Assembly (NCBI GenBank): GCA_039920725.1
Contig: JBDSDC010000145.1
Span: 14,080-78,079, forward strand
DNA length: 64,000 nucleotides
Origin: Croceibacterium sp.
Lineage (GTDB): Bacteria; Pseudomonadota; Alphaproteobacteria; Sphingomonadales; Sphingomonadaceae
Direction of reading: 5' to 3'
A model generated the notes under the pieces. That model made no database searches. It was not told where the DNA came from and was given only the letters and a program-made list of their open reading frames with translations. Each line of letters opens with the position of its first letter. The first letter of the stretch is position 1. The position numbers were made by a program, and so were the translations under genes. Of this stretch, positions 19,385 through 29,180 are shown one piece after another.

Positions 19385-19681
19385 ATGATGACAACCCGTT
19401 TCGCAATTCTGGCCGCCGTGGGTGCGACGACGCTCGCCGGCCCCGCGCTGGCCGGCACCGCCATCAACTATGCCGACCTCAATCTGGAAACCGCTCAAGG
19501 CCAAGCCCAGCTCGACCGCCGCATCGACGGCGCCGCGCGCGCGATTTGCGGGATTGCGGACGTGCGCACCGGCACGCTTCTGCAGGGCACCAAGAACATC
19601 CAGTGCTACGACGCCGCCAAGGCGAGTGCCCGCAAGCAAGTGGCCGAGCGCGTTGCGCGCGGCCGCGCCCAGGGCGGCTGA
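19385..19681 (+). CDS. UrcA-family small secreted protein
   Basis: AAGGAG SD; signal peptide ending ALA; YADLNL...G...L.RRI..AA..IC...C...A pattern. Confidence 0.85.
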   Translation: MMTTRFAILAAVGATTLAGPALAGTAINYADLNLETAQGQAQLDRRIDGAARAICGIADVRTGTLLQGTKNIQCYDAAKASARKQVAERVARGRAQGG

Positions 19682-19711
19682 CAAGCTACCGGTTGCAGTC
19701 CGGTACAACTC

Positions 19712-19741
19712 GGGCGTCCGTTCGCGGACGCCCCCTTTTTG
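19712..19741 (+). terminator. Intrinsic terminator after the UrcA-family gene
   Basis: GGGCGTCCG-TTCG-CGGACGCCC-CC-TTTTT. Confidence 0.85.
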
Positions 19742-20479
19742 TCAGCGCCCCGCCATCGCTTTGACCTTGCGCAAGTAGGTACGGCCGATCCGCACGGCCT
19801 CGCCGTCGTCGAGCTCGGCCGACCACACGCCCAGCCCTTCGTGCCTCAGACCTCTGACGCGGTCCCGCCGCAGAATCGTCGAGCGATGGACGCGAATGAA
19901 GCGCGCCGGATCGAGCCGGTCCTCGAGCCCGGCGATCGTCTGCAGCATCAGGTAGCTGCGCTCTCCGACGTGCAGCCGGACGTAGTCGCGTTCGGCGTCG
20001 ATGCGGCTGACTTGCTCGGCATCGACCCGCACCAATTCCGAGCGGTGCGGCACCCAGAATTCGCTCAGCCACCGGCGGTCCGGCAAAAGCGCGCTCGTGC
20101 GCCGGCCAACGGCGCGGTCGATGGCCCGCGCCAGACGGTCGGCAGCGACCGGTTTGAGCACGTAGTCGACCGCTTCGAGATCGAACGCCGCGACCGCGAA
20201 ATCCTCGTGCGCGGTAACGAAGATCACTGCCGGTACAGCGGGTTTGCGCGCGAGCTGGCGGGCCACGTCCAATCCATCGATGCCGGGCATCGTCATGTCG
20301 AGCAACAGCAGCTCGGGCGTGAGCTTTTCGGCCAGCCGCAAGGCCGCCTCGCCGTCGCTGGCGGTGCCGATCACCGACACCTGAGGCAGTTCCGCGCACA
20401 GCACCTGCATGCGTTCGATCGCCAGCGGTTCGTCGTCGACAATCAGGGTGCGCAGGGCGTCGTCGTGCTTGACCATCAT
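19742..20479 (-). CDS. LytTR-family (AlgR/AgrA-like) response regulator
   Basis: IVDDEPLA, LLLDMTMP, IFVTAH, DYVLKP receiver; C-terminal AERDYV, FIRVHRS, IGRTY LytTR domain. Confidence 0.95.
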   Translation of the reverse strand: MMVKHDDALRTLIVDDEPLAIERMQVLCAELPQVSVIGTASDGEAALRLAEKLTPELLLLDMTMPGIDGLDVARQLARKPAVPAVIFVTAHEDFAVAAFDLEAVDYVLKPVAADRLARAIDRAVGRRTSALLPDRRWLSEFWVPHRSELVRVDAEQVSRIDAERDYVRLHVGERSYLMLQTIAGLEDRLDPARFIRVHRSTILRRDRVRGLRHEGLGVWSAELDDGEAVRIGRTYLRKVKAMAGR

Positions 20480-21684
20480 GTCCGCGCCTCACCGCCAGTC
20501 AGGATCGGCAGCCGCAGGACCGTTGCATAGCCGTGCACGGCCCGGCCGGAGACCACGTTTGCGTCGGTCCCGAAGCGCGCTTCGAGCCGCTCGCGCACGT
20601 TGGCGAGGCCGATGCCGAAGCCCGGCTGCGCCGGCTCGCGCGCCGCCTGGGCGCCGTCGTCGGATACCGTCAGGACCAGCCGGCCATATTCGATTCGCGC
20701 GGCCAGCGTGATGGTCACGCGATCGGCGGTTGGCGCAACCGCGTGCCGGACCGAATTTTCGACCAGCGGCTGGAGGATCATGCCGGGGATTTGCAGATCG
20801 GCGAGATCGGCGGGCAGTTCGTAGAGAACGCGCAGCCGCTCCGGGAAACGCACCGCCTCGATGTCGAGGTATAGCCGCTGCAGCGCAAACTCCTCCCGCA
20901 GCGGCACGTCGCTGGTGGGATCGTCGGCCAGGCTGCGGCGGTAGAAGGTCGAGAGCATCTGGATCATCCGCTCGGCGGTCTCGGTCTGGCCCGTCAGCAC
21001 CAGCGCGGACAGCGAATTGAGCGTGTTGAACAGGAAATGTGGATTGACCTGGTAACGCAAGCTGCGCAGCTCGGCCGCCTTGGCCGCGCGGCGGAACGCG
21101 CCTTCCCGCCGCTCGGCGCCGCGGGCCGCTTCGCCGGTCAGCAGCGCCAGATACAGCGCGCACCAGGCGAGCATCATGAAGTAGCGCCCGAAGGCCACCT
21201 CGGTCACGTCCTGCCAGGCGCTGGCGAGGACCGGCGAGCGCTCGGCGATCGCCTGGCCGCGGGCGCCGTGCACATCGACCGACATGTCGCCGAGCAAGTC
21301 GCCGCCGTCGCCCGCGGCGCCCCCCGCCTGGCGGGTTTCTATCCGCTTGAGCACGGCCGCCTGCATGTCGGCGAAGATCTGCTGGTTGGCTTGCGCCAGA
21401 ACCAGCGCAACCGGCGCCGACAGCAGCAGCGCGGCGGAAATCTTGGCCCACAGCGGCCGCGCGTCGAACAGCCGCAGCACCAGCCACAGCGCCAGCGTGA
21501 TCACGATCCCCGCCAGCGAAACGAGCGCGCGCGGCCACAGCAACTCGAACGACGACCCTAGCCCGTAGAATTGCCAGCGCAGCGTGGTGAGCGCGAAATA
21601 GCACAGCCACAGCCCGGCGATCGACGCCAGCACCGTGACGAAGGGGACGCGCGCGGGAACGGTTTCGCGGGGCTCGCTCTCCAT
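20476..21684 (-). CDS. LytS/AlgZ-family sensor histidine kinase
   Basis: About four TM segments; AELRSLRYQVNPHFLFNTLN; LQPLVENSVRH; GIGLANVRERL; likely start ATG 21684. Confidence 0.95.
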   Translation of the reverse strand: MESEPRETVPARVPFVTVLASIAGLWLCYFALTTLRWQFYGLGSSFELLWPRALVSLAGIVITLALWLVLRLFDARPLWAKISAALLLSAPVALVLAQANQQIFADMQAAVLKRIETRQAGGAAGDGGDLLGDMSVDVHGARGQAIAERSPVLASAWQDVTEVAFGRYFMMLAWCALYLALLTGEAARGAERREGAFRRAAKAAELRSLRYQVNPHFLFNTLNSLSALVLTGQTETAERMIQMLSTFYRRSLADDPTSDVPLREEFALQRLYLDIEAVRFPERLRVLYELPADLADLQIPGMILQPLVENSVRHAVAPTADRVTITLAARIEYGRLVLTVSDDGAQAAREPAQPGFGIGLANVRERLEARFGTDANVVSGRAVHGYATVLRLPILTGGEART

Positions 21685-21691
21685 GAACCTT

Positions 21692-21756
21692 GGTGTAGCG
21701 CTTGTGTAACGCACCCGGCCAGCCCTGCGGTCGTTTCCCGTTGTGCGTTGGTCGAT
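21692..21756 (-). promoter_or_regulatory. Kinase promoter: -10 TACACC plus 21-bp-period repeats
   Basis: Plus-strand CTGCGGTCGTT (core 21730) and CGTTGGTCGAT (core 21751). Confidence 0.55.
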
Positions 21757-23288
21757 CAGCGGTTGGCGGCCGCTAGCAGGCCGTCACGGGCGATTTTCTC
21801 GCGCCACTCTATCGGGGCCAAAGTGTGGACGTTGTTTCCTTCGCTATCGACCGCCACGGTGACCGGCATGTCCTGCACGGTGAATTCGTAGATCGCCTCC
21901 ATACCGAGGTCTTCGAAACCGACGACCCGCGCCTGCTTGATCGCCCGCGCGACCAGGTACGCCGCGCCGCCCACCGCCATCAGGTAGGCGACCTTGTGCC
22001 GGGCGATTTCCTCCACCGCGCCCTGCCCGCGCTCGGCCTTGCCGATCATTGCCAGCAGGCCGAGGCCCAGCATCATGTCGGTGAACTTGTCCATCCGCGT
22101 GGCCGTGGTCGGGCCCGCCGGGCCCACGACTTCGCCCATCACCGGGTCGACCGGGCCGACGTAATAGATCGCCCGGCCCGCAAAGCTGACCGGCAGCGAT
22201 TCGCCGTTGGCCTGCATCTCCTGAATGCGCTTGTGCGCGGCATCGCGCCCGGTCAGCATGGTGCCGCTCAGCAGCAAGCGGTCGCCGGCGGCCCACCCGC
22301 GCACCTCCTCTGCGGTCAGCTTGTCGAGGTCGACCCGCTTGGCGGCCACGTCGGGCTGCCAGTCGACCGCCGGCCATTTGGTCAGGTCGGGCACCGGCAG
22401 ATAGGCAGGGCCCGAACCGTCGAGGGTGACGTGCGCGTGGCGCGTGGCGGCGCAATTTGGGATCATCGCCACCGGCTTGCCCGCGGCATGGCACGGCCAG
22501 TCGAGAATCTTGACGTCGAGCACGGTCGCCAGCCCGCCCAGCCCCTGCGCGCCGATCCCGAGCGCGTTGACCTTGTCGAAGATCTCGATCCGCAGCCGCT
22601 CGATATCGGTCTGCGCGCCGCGGGCCTTCAACCGGGCCATGTCGATCGGCTCCATCAGCGATTGCTTGGCCAGCTTCATGCAATGCTCGGCCGTTCCGCC
22701 GATGCCGATCCCGAGCATCCCCGGCGGGCACCACCCAGCGCCCATCTGGGGCAGCATCTCGAGCACCCAGTCCACAATGCTGTCGCTGGGGTTCATCATC
22801 TTGAACTTGGACTTGTTCTCGCTGCCCCCGCCCTTGGCCGCGACGTCGAGCGACACCGTGCCCCCCGGCACCATCTCCGCCGACAACACGCACGGGGTAT
22901 TGTCGCGCGTGTTGCGGCGCGTGAACGCCGGGTCGGCCAGGATCGAGGCCCGCAAGCGGTTCTCAGGATGATTATAGGCCCGCCGGACACCTTCATCGAC
23001 CACGTCCTGCAGCGAGCGGGCCGATTCCAGCCGGCAATCCTGGCCCCATTTGACGAACACGTTGACGATCCCGGTGTCCTGGCAAATCGGCCGGTGCCCT
23101 TCGGCGCACATCCGGCTGTTGGTCAGGATCTGGGCGATCGCGTCCTTAGCCGCCGGACCCTGCTCGGCCGCGTAAGCCGCGCCCAATGCCTCAATGTAGT
23201 CGAGCGGGTGGTAGTACGAGATGTATTGCAGCGCGTCGGCCACGGTTTCGATCAGGTCGGCTTCGCGGATCATGACCATGGCGGACAT
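21756..23288 (-). CDS. Class I fumarate hydratase
   Basis: RPICQDTG, KGGGSENKS, GWCPPG, NCAATRH, TGRDAAH, GPTTATRM. Confidence 0.95.
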   Translation of the reverse strand: MSAMVMIREADLIETVADALQYISYYHPLDYIEALGAAYAAEQGPAAKDAIAQILTNSRMCAEGHRPICQDTGIVNVFVKWGQDCRLESARSLQDVVDEGVRRAYNHPENRLRASILADPAFTRRNTRDNTPCVLSAEMVPGGTVSLDVAAKGGGSENKSKFKMMNPSDSIVDWVLEMLPQMGAGWCPPGMLGIGIGGTAEHCMKLAKQSLMEPIDMARLKARGAQTDIERLRIEIFDKVNALGIGAQGLGGLATVLDVKILDWPCHAAGKPVAMIPNCAATRHAHVTLDGSGPAYLPVPDLTKWPAVDWQPDVAAKRVDLDKLTAEEVRGWAAGDRLLLSGTMLTGRDAAHKRIQEMQANGESLPVSFAGRAIYYVGPVDPVMGEVVGPAGPTTATRMDKFTDMMLGLGLLAMIGKAERGQGAVEEIARHKVAYLMAVGGAAYLVARAIKQARVVGFEDLGMEAIYEFTVQDMPVTVAVDSEGNNVHTLAPIEWREKIARDGLLAAANR

Positions 23289-23398
23289 TCGTGCAACACT
23301 CCTGCGGCCGGCGACGACTTGCGACAACGCGGGCCATTGCCGGGATTTGTCGCAAGCCCTAAGGCTCCCTCGCCGTGGCCGACAAGAGAAATGACAGC

Positions 23399-24001
23399 GT
23401 GACGATCGTTGAGGAACGTCCCTCCACCGGCTCTGCGGCGGCGCGCCGGGCGATGAGCGACAGCCAGCTGCGCACCAGCGGGGTCAATGCCGACTGGGTG
23501 CTGCAGCGAATGGCCGATGTGGCGCGCGAAGCGTTCGTGCCCGATGCGGCGCGCGGCCATGCCTACATCGACCGCGCCATCGCGCTCGGAGGCGGGCGCT
23601 TCCTGCCCGCCCCGGCGGTGCACGGGATGATGCTGCAGGAAGCCCGGCCGTCGGCTTCTGACCGCGCCTTGGTGATCGATGGCGGCAGCGGCTATCTTGC
23701 CGAGCTGGTCCGTCCGCTGGTCGCCTCGCTCGAAACCGCCACGCCGGCGCAAGCGGCGGCGGCGAGCAAGCGGGGCGATTTCACCTTGCTGGTGATCGAC
23801 GGCGCGGTCGCGCAGCTTCCCGCGGTCCTGGTCAAGCGACTGGCGGAAGGCGCGCGCGTGCTCACCGGGTGGCAGCGCGAAGGCGTCACGTGCCTCGCGG
23901 CGGGGCGCAAGGCGGGCGCCGATGTGGCGCTGCTGCCGCTCGCCGAAATGGGCATCCCGGTGCTCCCCGAATTTGCCGCACGCAAGGGCTGGAGCTTCTG
24001 A
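23399..24001 (+). CDS. pcm: Protein-L-isoaspartate O-methyltransferase family (short, divergent)
   Basis: ARRAM.DSQLR; V.RE.FVP; AY.D; IDGAV; pcm-tolC-popZ synteny; start uncertain. Confidence 0.8.
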   Translation: MTIVEERPSTGSAAARRAMSDSQLRTSGVNADWVLQRMADVAREAFVPDAARGHAYIDRAIALGGGRFLPAPAVHGMMLQEARPSASDRALVIDGGSGYLAELVRPLVASLETATPAQAAAASKRGDFTLLVIDGAVAQLPAVLVKRLAEGARVLTGWQREGVTCLAAGRKAGADVALLPLAEMGIPVLPEFAARKGWSF

Positions 24002-24003
24002 AC

Positions 24004-25515
24004 ATGCGGGGCATTGGTCTGCGGATCGCGCTGCTGGCGGGCGCTTGCGCCCTCGCTGCGCCGGCATTCGCGCAAGCGGAACCCGACGGGGTTGTCGATA
24101 CGCTACAGGAAGCGCTGACGCGGGCTTATCAAAGCAATCCCACCGTGCTGGTCGCGCGCGCGACCCAGCGCGCGGCCGACGAAAACGTTCCGATCGAACG
24201 CGCCGACGAGCTGCCCAACCTCACCACCACGACGACCTATACCGAGTTCCTCAAGCAGGCTTCGAGCTCGTTCACGGCGCCGGCGCGGTCGGCCGCCGGA
24301 CAGCTCAATCTGAGCGTTCCGCTCTACGCCGGGGGCGCCAACCGCGCCACGCTCAAGGCCGCCGAGACCCGCGTGCTGGCCGGTCGCGAGGACTTGCGCG
24401 GGACCGAGAGCTCGGTCTTCAGCCAGGTCGTCGGCGCCTATATGGACGTCATCCAGAACGAAGCGATCGTCGGGCTGCAAGCCAACAACGTCCAGGTCCT
24501 GACGGTCAATCTGCAAGCGACCGGCGACCGATTCGAGATCGGCGACCTGACCCGCACCGACGTGGCCCAGTCGCAGGCCCGCCTGGCGCTGGCCCAGGGC
24601 GATTTCCGCACCGCCCAGGCGAACCTGATCCGCGCCAAGGAAAACTTCATCTCGCTGGTGGGCAGCCCGCCGGTCGATCTCAAGCCGCCGCCGCCGCTGC
24701 CCGGGCTGCCGGCCGACGTGAGCGATGCCGAACAAGTCGCGCTGGCCGAAAATCCCGATCTCGCCGGCGCGCTCGAACGCGCCGATGCCACCCGGTACGA
24801 CATCAAGGCCGCGGGCGCGGGCCGGCTGCCCAAGGTCGACGTGTTCGCCAACGGCGGACTGACCGATTATCTCGGCTCGCTCGGGTCGGCGTTTCCGGGC
24901 GTGTCCACCCAGCAACTCCAGACGTCCGCCCAGGCCGGGGTTCGCGCGACGATCCCGCTGTTCCAGGGAGGCCGTCCGTCGGCGCAGCAGCGCCAGTCGC
25001 AGGCGCGTTCATCCGCCGCGCTCGAGAACGTCGTCGCCGAGGAACGCAGCTTGATCGCGCAAGTGCGGTCGGCCTATGCCAGTTGGCAGGCAGCCACCGC
25101 GATCATCGCCTCGACCCAGACCGCGGTCAGCTCGGCCGAGCTGAGCCTCGAAGGCACGCGCGCCGAAAGCACGGTCGGCAACCGCACGATCCTCGATATC
25201 CTCAACGCCCAGCAGGAACTGCTCCAGGCCCAAGTCCAGCTCGTCACCGCGCGGCGCAACGCCTATGTCGCCGGGTTCACGCTGCTCGCCGCGATGGGCC
25301 GGGCGGAAGCGCGCGACCTCGGGCTGGAGGCATATGGGCCGCTGTACGATCCGGTGGTCAATTATGACCGCGTGCGCGGGATCATCTGGGACTGGCAGCG
25401 CGATCGCGACCCGGTGACGCAGGCGACCCGCACCGTTGACATCGCGCCGCAGGGCGCGGACATTCCCCCGGTGCAGGGTCCGGTGGCAGCGGCGCCCGCA
25501 GCCAAGGGCAATTGA
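24004..25515 (+). CDS. tolC: TolC-family outer membrane protein
   Basis: Signal peptide; TLQEAL..AY..NP; RFEIGDLTRTDV; G.RTILDILNAQQEL. Confidence 0.93.
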   Translation: MRGIGLRIALLAGACALAAPAFAQAEPDGVVDTLQEALTRAYQSNPTVLVARATQRAADENVPIERADELPNLTTTTTYTEFLKQASSSFTAPARSAAGQLNLSVPLYAGGANRATLKAAETRVLAGREDLRGTESSVFSQVVGAYMDVIQNEAIVGLQANNVQVLTVNLQATGDRFEIGDLTRTDVAQSQARLALAQGDFRTAQANLIRAKENFISLVGSPPVDLKPPPPLPGLPADVSDAEQVALAENPDLAGALERADATRYDIKAAGAGRLPKVDVFANGGLTDYLGSLGSAFPGVSTQQLQTSAQAGVRATIPLFQGGRPSAQQRQSQARSSAALENVVAEERSLIAQVRSAYASWQAATAIIASTQTAVSSAELSLEGTRAESTVGNRTILDILNAQQELLQAQVQLVTARRNAYVAGFTLLAAMGRAEARDLGLEAYGPLYDPVVNYDRVRGIIWDWQRDRDPVTQATRTVDIAPQGADIPPVQGPVAAAPAAKGN

Positions 25516-25523
25516 ACGAAACG

Positions 25524-26021
25524 ATGCGGCACGAAGGCGAACCGTCGGTCGAGGAAATCCTCGAATCGATCAAGAAGGTGATCGCGCGTGACAACCGCGA
25601 AACGCTGCGCACCGAGCGGCAACGCCGCGCGGCCGCGGGAATCGAAGCGGACGAGCCCGGCGGCGGCGACGCCGACGAAGTGCTCGAGCTGAGCGAAGCC
25701 GCCGACGAGCCCCTGGTGAGCGAAGGTTACGCGGCGGACGAGCCGGATTCCGTGGCCGACGACTCCGAAATCGATGCGCCTGCCACGCTGACCACCGAAA
25801 GCGCTGCCCGTTCGATGCGCGATTCGCTCGCCGCGCTGGCGATGATCGCGGTGCCGGGCGCCCCGCCGCAGATCGTGCGCTCGGGCGAAACTTCGCTCGA
25901 AGGCCTGACCCGTGACTTGCTGCGGCCGATGCTGGCGCAGTGGCTCGACCAGAACCTCCCGCCCATGGTCGAGCGGATGGTCGCGGCCGAGATCGCCCGC
26001 ATCGCCGGCAAGCGGGGCTGA
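25524..26021 (+). CDS. popZ: PopZ-family polar organiser (DUF2497)
   Basis: [16 protein letters not shown]-terminus, acidic linker, LLRPML.QWLD.NLP.MVE..V..EI.RI C-terminus. Confidence 0.88.
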   Translation: MRHEGEPSVEEILESIKKVIARDNRETLRTERQRRAAAGIEADEPGGGDADEVLELSEAADEPLVSEGYAADEPDSVADDSEIDAPATLTTESAARSMRDSLAALAMIAVPGAPPQIVRSGETSLEGLTRDLLRPMLAQWLDQNLPPMVERMVAAEIARIAGKRG

Positions 26022-26044
26022 GCGGCGCCGCGCGGCCGGCCTCG

Positions 26045-26410
26045 ATGAACCTCGCCGAGCTCAGTCAGGCCGAAGACGCGCTCGCCAAGATCGGCGGCAA
26101 TGCCATCGAACGGCAGATATTCCTCTGCTGCATGTCCGAAAAACAGGAATGCTGCACGCGCGAGACCGGCGACGCGGCGTGGCGCTTCCTCAAGCGCCGT
26201 CTCAAGGATCTCGGCCTTGTCGGGCCCGGGGGAGTGCAACGGACCAAGGCCGACTGTCTGCAGATCTGCGTCGCGGGGCCGATCGCGGTCGTGTGGCCCG
26301 ACGGCGTGTGGTATCATTCGTGCACCGAGCCGGTGCTCGAACGGATCATCCACGAGCACCTGATCGGCGGCGTTCCGGTGGCAGACTATCGCCTGCGCCC
26401 CTCTACCTAG
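26045..26410 (+). CDS. Thioredoxin-like (2Fe-2S) ferredoxin
   Basis: IFLC...CC; [20 protein letters not shown]; I..EHL.GG.PV. Confidence 0.85.
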   Translation: MNLAELSQAEDALAKIGGNAIERQIFLCCMSEKQECCTRETGDAAWRFLKRRLKDLGLVGPGGVQRTKADCLQICVAGPIAVVWPDGVWYHSCTEPVLERIIHEHLIGGVPVADYRLRPST

Positions 26411-26706
26411 CCAGCGTGATCGTCGTCGGGCGCCTGCGCGTCGTCGGTCGATTCGTCATGCCCGGTGCCGCTTGAGAGGAACACCAGCCCCATCAGCGCT
26501 CCGGTCAGCAGCATCGCGAAACCGACGCCGAGCGCGGTTGCGATGTAAAGGTGGATCGATGCGAGCCCGTTCGCGCGGTAGATCACCACCATCGCCGCCG
26601 CGATCGCTCCGACGGTCACCATCACCATCAGCCGCATCAATTTGCGGAACCGCGCCCACGCGTGCGCGGCGGTGCGCGGATCGTCGAGCGGAGAGCGGCG
26701 GGGCAT
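26407..26706 (-). CDS. Small two-TM hypothetical protein
   Basis: Two hydrophobic helices; [13 protein letters not shown]. Confidence 0.7.
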   Translation of the reverse strand: MPRRSPLDDPRTAAHAWARFRKLMRLMVMVTVGAIAAAMVVIYRANGLASIHLYIATALGVGFAMLLTGALMGLVFLSSGTGHDESTDDAQAPDDDHAG

Positions 26707-26814
26707 CGGCGCGACAATGGGCGCGGCGAGCGCTGCTGACAACGCAAGTCCGACGGGGCGATTTGGCATGGCCGACGATTCGTGTCATCCTGCACCTGCG
26801 AAAGGGGACACGCG

Positions 26815-27243
26815 ATGAGCATTGCGCGATTGATCGCCGGACATCCGCAGCGGATCGTCCATTGTTCGCCCGCTGAAACCGTGCGCGAGGCGGCGGCGCG
26901 GCTGGCCGAGCATCGCATCGGCGCGATGCCGGTGCTCGACGGCGAGGCAGTGAGCGGGATCTTTTCCGAACGCGATCTGCTGTACTGTCTCGCCAAGCAC
27001 GGCGCCGACGCCCTTGACCTGACGGTCGCGCAAGTGATGACCGCCCCGGCGATCACCACCGAGCCCTCGTGCACCGTGCGCGACGCGCTGCAAGTCATGA
27101 CCTCGCGCCGGGTCCGTCACTTGCCGGTGCTCGATGGCGCCCGACTGGCGGCGTTCGTATCGATCGGCGACCTGGTCAAATACCGCCTCGAGCTGGTCGA
27201 GCACGAAGCCGAAGCCATGCGCGATTATATCCGCACCGCTTGA
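26815..27243 (+). CDS. CBS-domain protein
   Basis: IGAMPV, GIFSERD, RHLPV, VSIGDLVK. Confidence 0.9.
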   Translation: MSIARLIAGHPQRIVHCSPAETVREAAARLAEHRIGAMPVLDGEAVSGIFSERDLLYCLAKHGADALDLTVAQVMTAPAITTEPSCTVRDALQVMTSRRVRHLPVLDGARLAAFVSIGDLVKYRLELVEHEAEAMRDYIRTA

Positions 27244-27275
27244 GCGGACCGGGCGCGATGCCTACATGCATGGCG

Positions 27276-27605
27276 ATGACCCAGGCGCCCACTTTGACCG
27301 AAGCCGCTGCCCGACGTGTCGGGTGGATCGCCGGACGCCAGGGCCGCGCGCCGATCCTGCGCCTGTCGGTCGACGGCGGCGGCTGCTCGGGCTTCCAATA
27401 CAAGTTCGACCTGACCGATGCCGCCGAAGCCGGCGATGCGGTCAGCGAAGCGCACGGGGTCAAGCTGGTGATCGATCCGGTCAGTCTCGACCTGGTCGCG
27501 GGCAGCACGGTCGATTTCGTCGAATCGCTCGGCGGGGCGGCGTTCAAGGTCGAAAACCCGCAAGCCACCGCCGGCTGCGGGTGCGGGTCCAGCTTCGGCA
27601 TCTGA
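27276..27605 (+). CDS. erpA: A-type Fe-S carrier (HesB/IscA/ErpA family)
   Basis: LRLSVDGGGCSGFQY; NPQATAGCGCGSSF. Confidence 0.88.
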   Translation: MTQAPTLTEAAARRVGWIAGRQGRAPILRLSVDGGGCSGFQYKFDLTDAAEAGDAVSEAHGVKLVIDPVSLDLVAGSTVDFVESLGGAAFKVENPQATAGCGCGSSFGI

Positions 27606-27613
27606 TCTCCCGC

Positions 27614-28384
27614 GTGCGGATCGCCAGCTTCAACATCAACGGGGTCAAGGCGCGGCTGCCGCGCTTGCTCGAATGGCTCGAGGAGACGCGTCCCGCGGTC
27701 GCCTGCCTGCAAGAAGTGAAAAGCCAGGACGAGGGCTTTCCCCGCGCCGAGTTCGAGGCCATCGGCTACCGCTCGATCTGCCACGGGCAGAAAGGGTTCA
27801 ACGGCGTCGCCATCCTGGCCGACGGCGTCGAGCCGGTCGAAGCCGGGCGCGGTCTGGCGGGCGACCCCGAGGACTTGCAGTCGCGCTTCATCGAAGCCGA
27901 CGTGAACGGCGTCCGGGTGGTTAACTTGTACCTGCCCAACGGCAATCCCCACCCGGGGCCGAAGTTCGATTACAAGCTGGCATGGATGGCGCGGCTGCGG
28001 GTGCGGCTTGGGGAACTGCTCGCAAGCGAAATCCCGACTGTGGTGGTGGGCGATTTCAACGTCATCCCCGAGGACAAGGACACGTTCTCGGTCCGCGCGA
28101 TGGCGGCGGACGCGCTGATGCAGCCCGAATCGCGCGACGCGTACCGCCGCATCCTCAACGACGGCTGGACCGACGCGATCGACACGCTCAATCCCCAAGG
28201 CGGGGTGTGGACGTTCTGGGATTACCAGGCCGGCGCATGGCAACGCGACCACGGCTTCCGCATCGATCACCTGCTGCTGTCGCCCGAATGTGCCGACCGG
28301 CTGGTCGCGGCCGGCGTCGACAAGGTCTATCGCGAGCGCGAAAAAGCCAGCGATCACGCGCCGGTGTGGGTCGAGCTGCGCTAG
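27614..28384 (+). CDS. xth: Exodeoxyribonuclease III
   Basis: IASFNING, CLQEVK, YLPNG, GDFN, RIDH, SDHAPV; GTG start. Confidence 0.95.
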   Translation: MRIASFNINGVKARLPRLLEWLEETRPAVACLQEVKSQDEGFPRAEFEAIGYRSICHGQKGFNGVAILADGVEPVEAGRGLAGDPEDLQSRFIEADVNGVRVVNLYLPNGNPHPGPKFDYKLAWMARLRVRLGELLASEIPTVVVGDFNVIPEDKDTFSVRAMAADALMQPESRDAYRRILNDGWTDAIDTLNPQGGVWTFWDYQAGAWQRDHGFRIDHLLLSPECADRLVAAGVDKVYREREKASDHAPVWVELR

Positions 28385-28405
28385 CCGCTCGTCCCGACTT
28401 TCGCG

Positions 28406-29041
28406 TCAGCGGTAAAACACGTGGGTGTCTATTTGGGCGAGCTGAACCTTGTGGCTCGCCCACGCGGGCTTGACGTATGTGGCATGGAAATAGAGCGCGT
28501 CGGCGGCCTTGCTCTCCCATAAGTCCTGCTGCGCGATCTGGGCGACCGCCTTGGCCCGGCGCCAGGCATTCGAGGCCTGATCCGCAGCGGGTATCCGCCC
28601 GTGACGCACGAAGGAGAATTGCGCCGGCTGAACCACCACCGCGCAGTAGTTGCTCGGGTATTGCCCCGAGGTTGCGCGGTTGATGACCACTTCGGCGACC
28701 GCCAGCTGGCCGTCGAGCGGCTCGCCGCGGGCTTCGAAGTAGATCGCCTGCGCAAGGCACGTGAGCTCGGACGAGAGCTCGGTCTCGGCGGGCATGTCGC
28801 CGACCAGTTGCTGGAGCGAGTCGGCCGGAGCGCGCTCCGCTTCCGGCGTCTCGGGATCGGCCACGCTCGCGGCGGGCTGGGGCGCGGTACCCTGGAGAAT
28901 CCAGTCCCGCCCGGTAGCTGTCGGAGCGGCCGGGGCAACCACGGCGTTCTGTGCCGAGGCGGCCGAGGGCTCGGCCCCGAACAGCGTTACAAGCATGGCG
29001 GCGACGGCGGTCACCGCCCCGCGAAAGGTCACTTTCGTCAT
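28406..29041 (-). CDS. Cell wall hydrolase (SleB/Hydrolase_2)
   Basis: Signal peptide; CLAQAIYFEARGE; VINR; C.VV.Q..QFS; ALYFHA; HVFY. Confidence 0.92.
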   Translation of the reverse strand: MTKVTFRGAVTAVAAMLVTLFGAEPSAASAQNAVVAPAAPTATGRDWILQGTAPQPAASVADPETPEAERAPADSLQQLVGDMPAETELSSELTCLAQAIYFEARGEPLDGQLAVAEVVINRATSGQYPSNYCAVVVQPAQFSFVRHGRIPAADQASNAWRRAKAVAQIAQQDLWESKAADALYFHATYVKPAWASHKVQLAQIDTHVFYR

Positions 29042-29055
29042 CGATCCCGTTGCTT

Positions 29056-29180
29056 AGGGCGGTGGGCACCAGCGCAGGGCGGCGACCGGACCGAATGTCC
29101 GATACGAACCGAGGCCTGCCGGCCACCCCCCGTCTAGCGCGCTGGTTCGCCTGGCTTCACCCGAAGCCGCAAACCGCCTG
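29056..29180 (-). ncRNA. Candidate structured 5' leader of the cell wall hydrolase
   Basis: Several long, partly competing helices on the minus strand (see findings). Confidence 0.45.
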
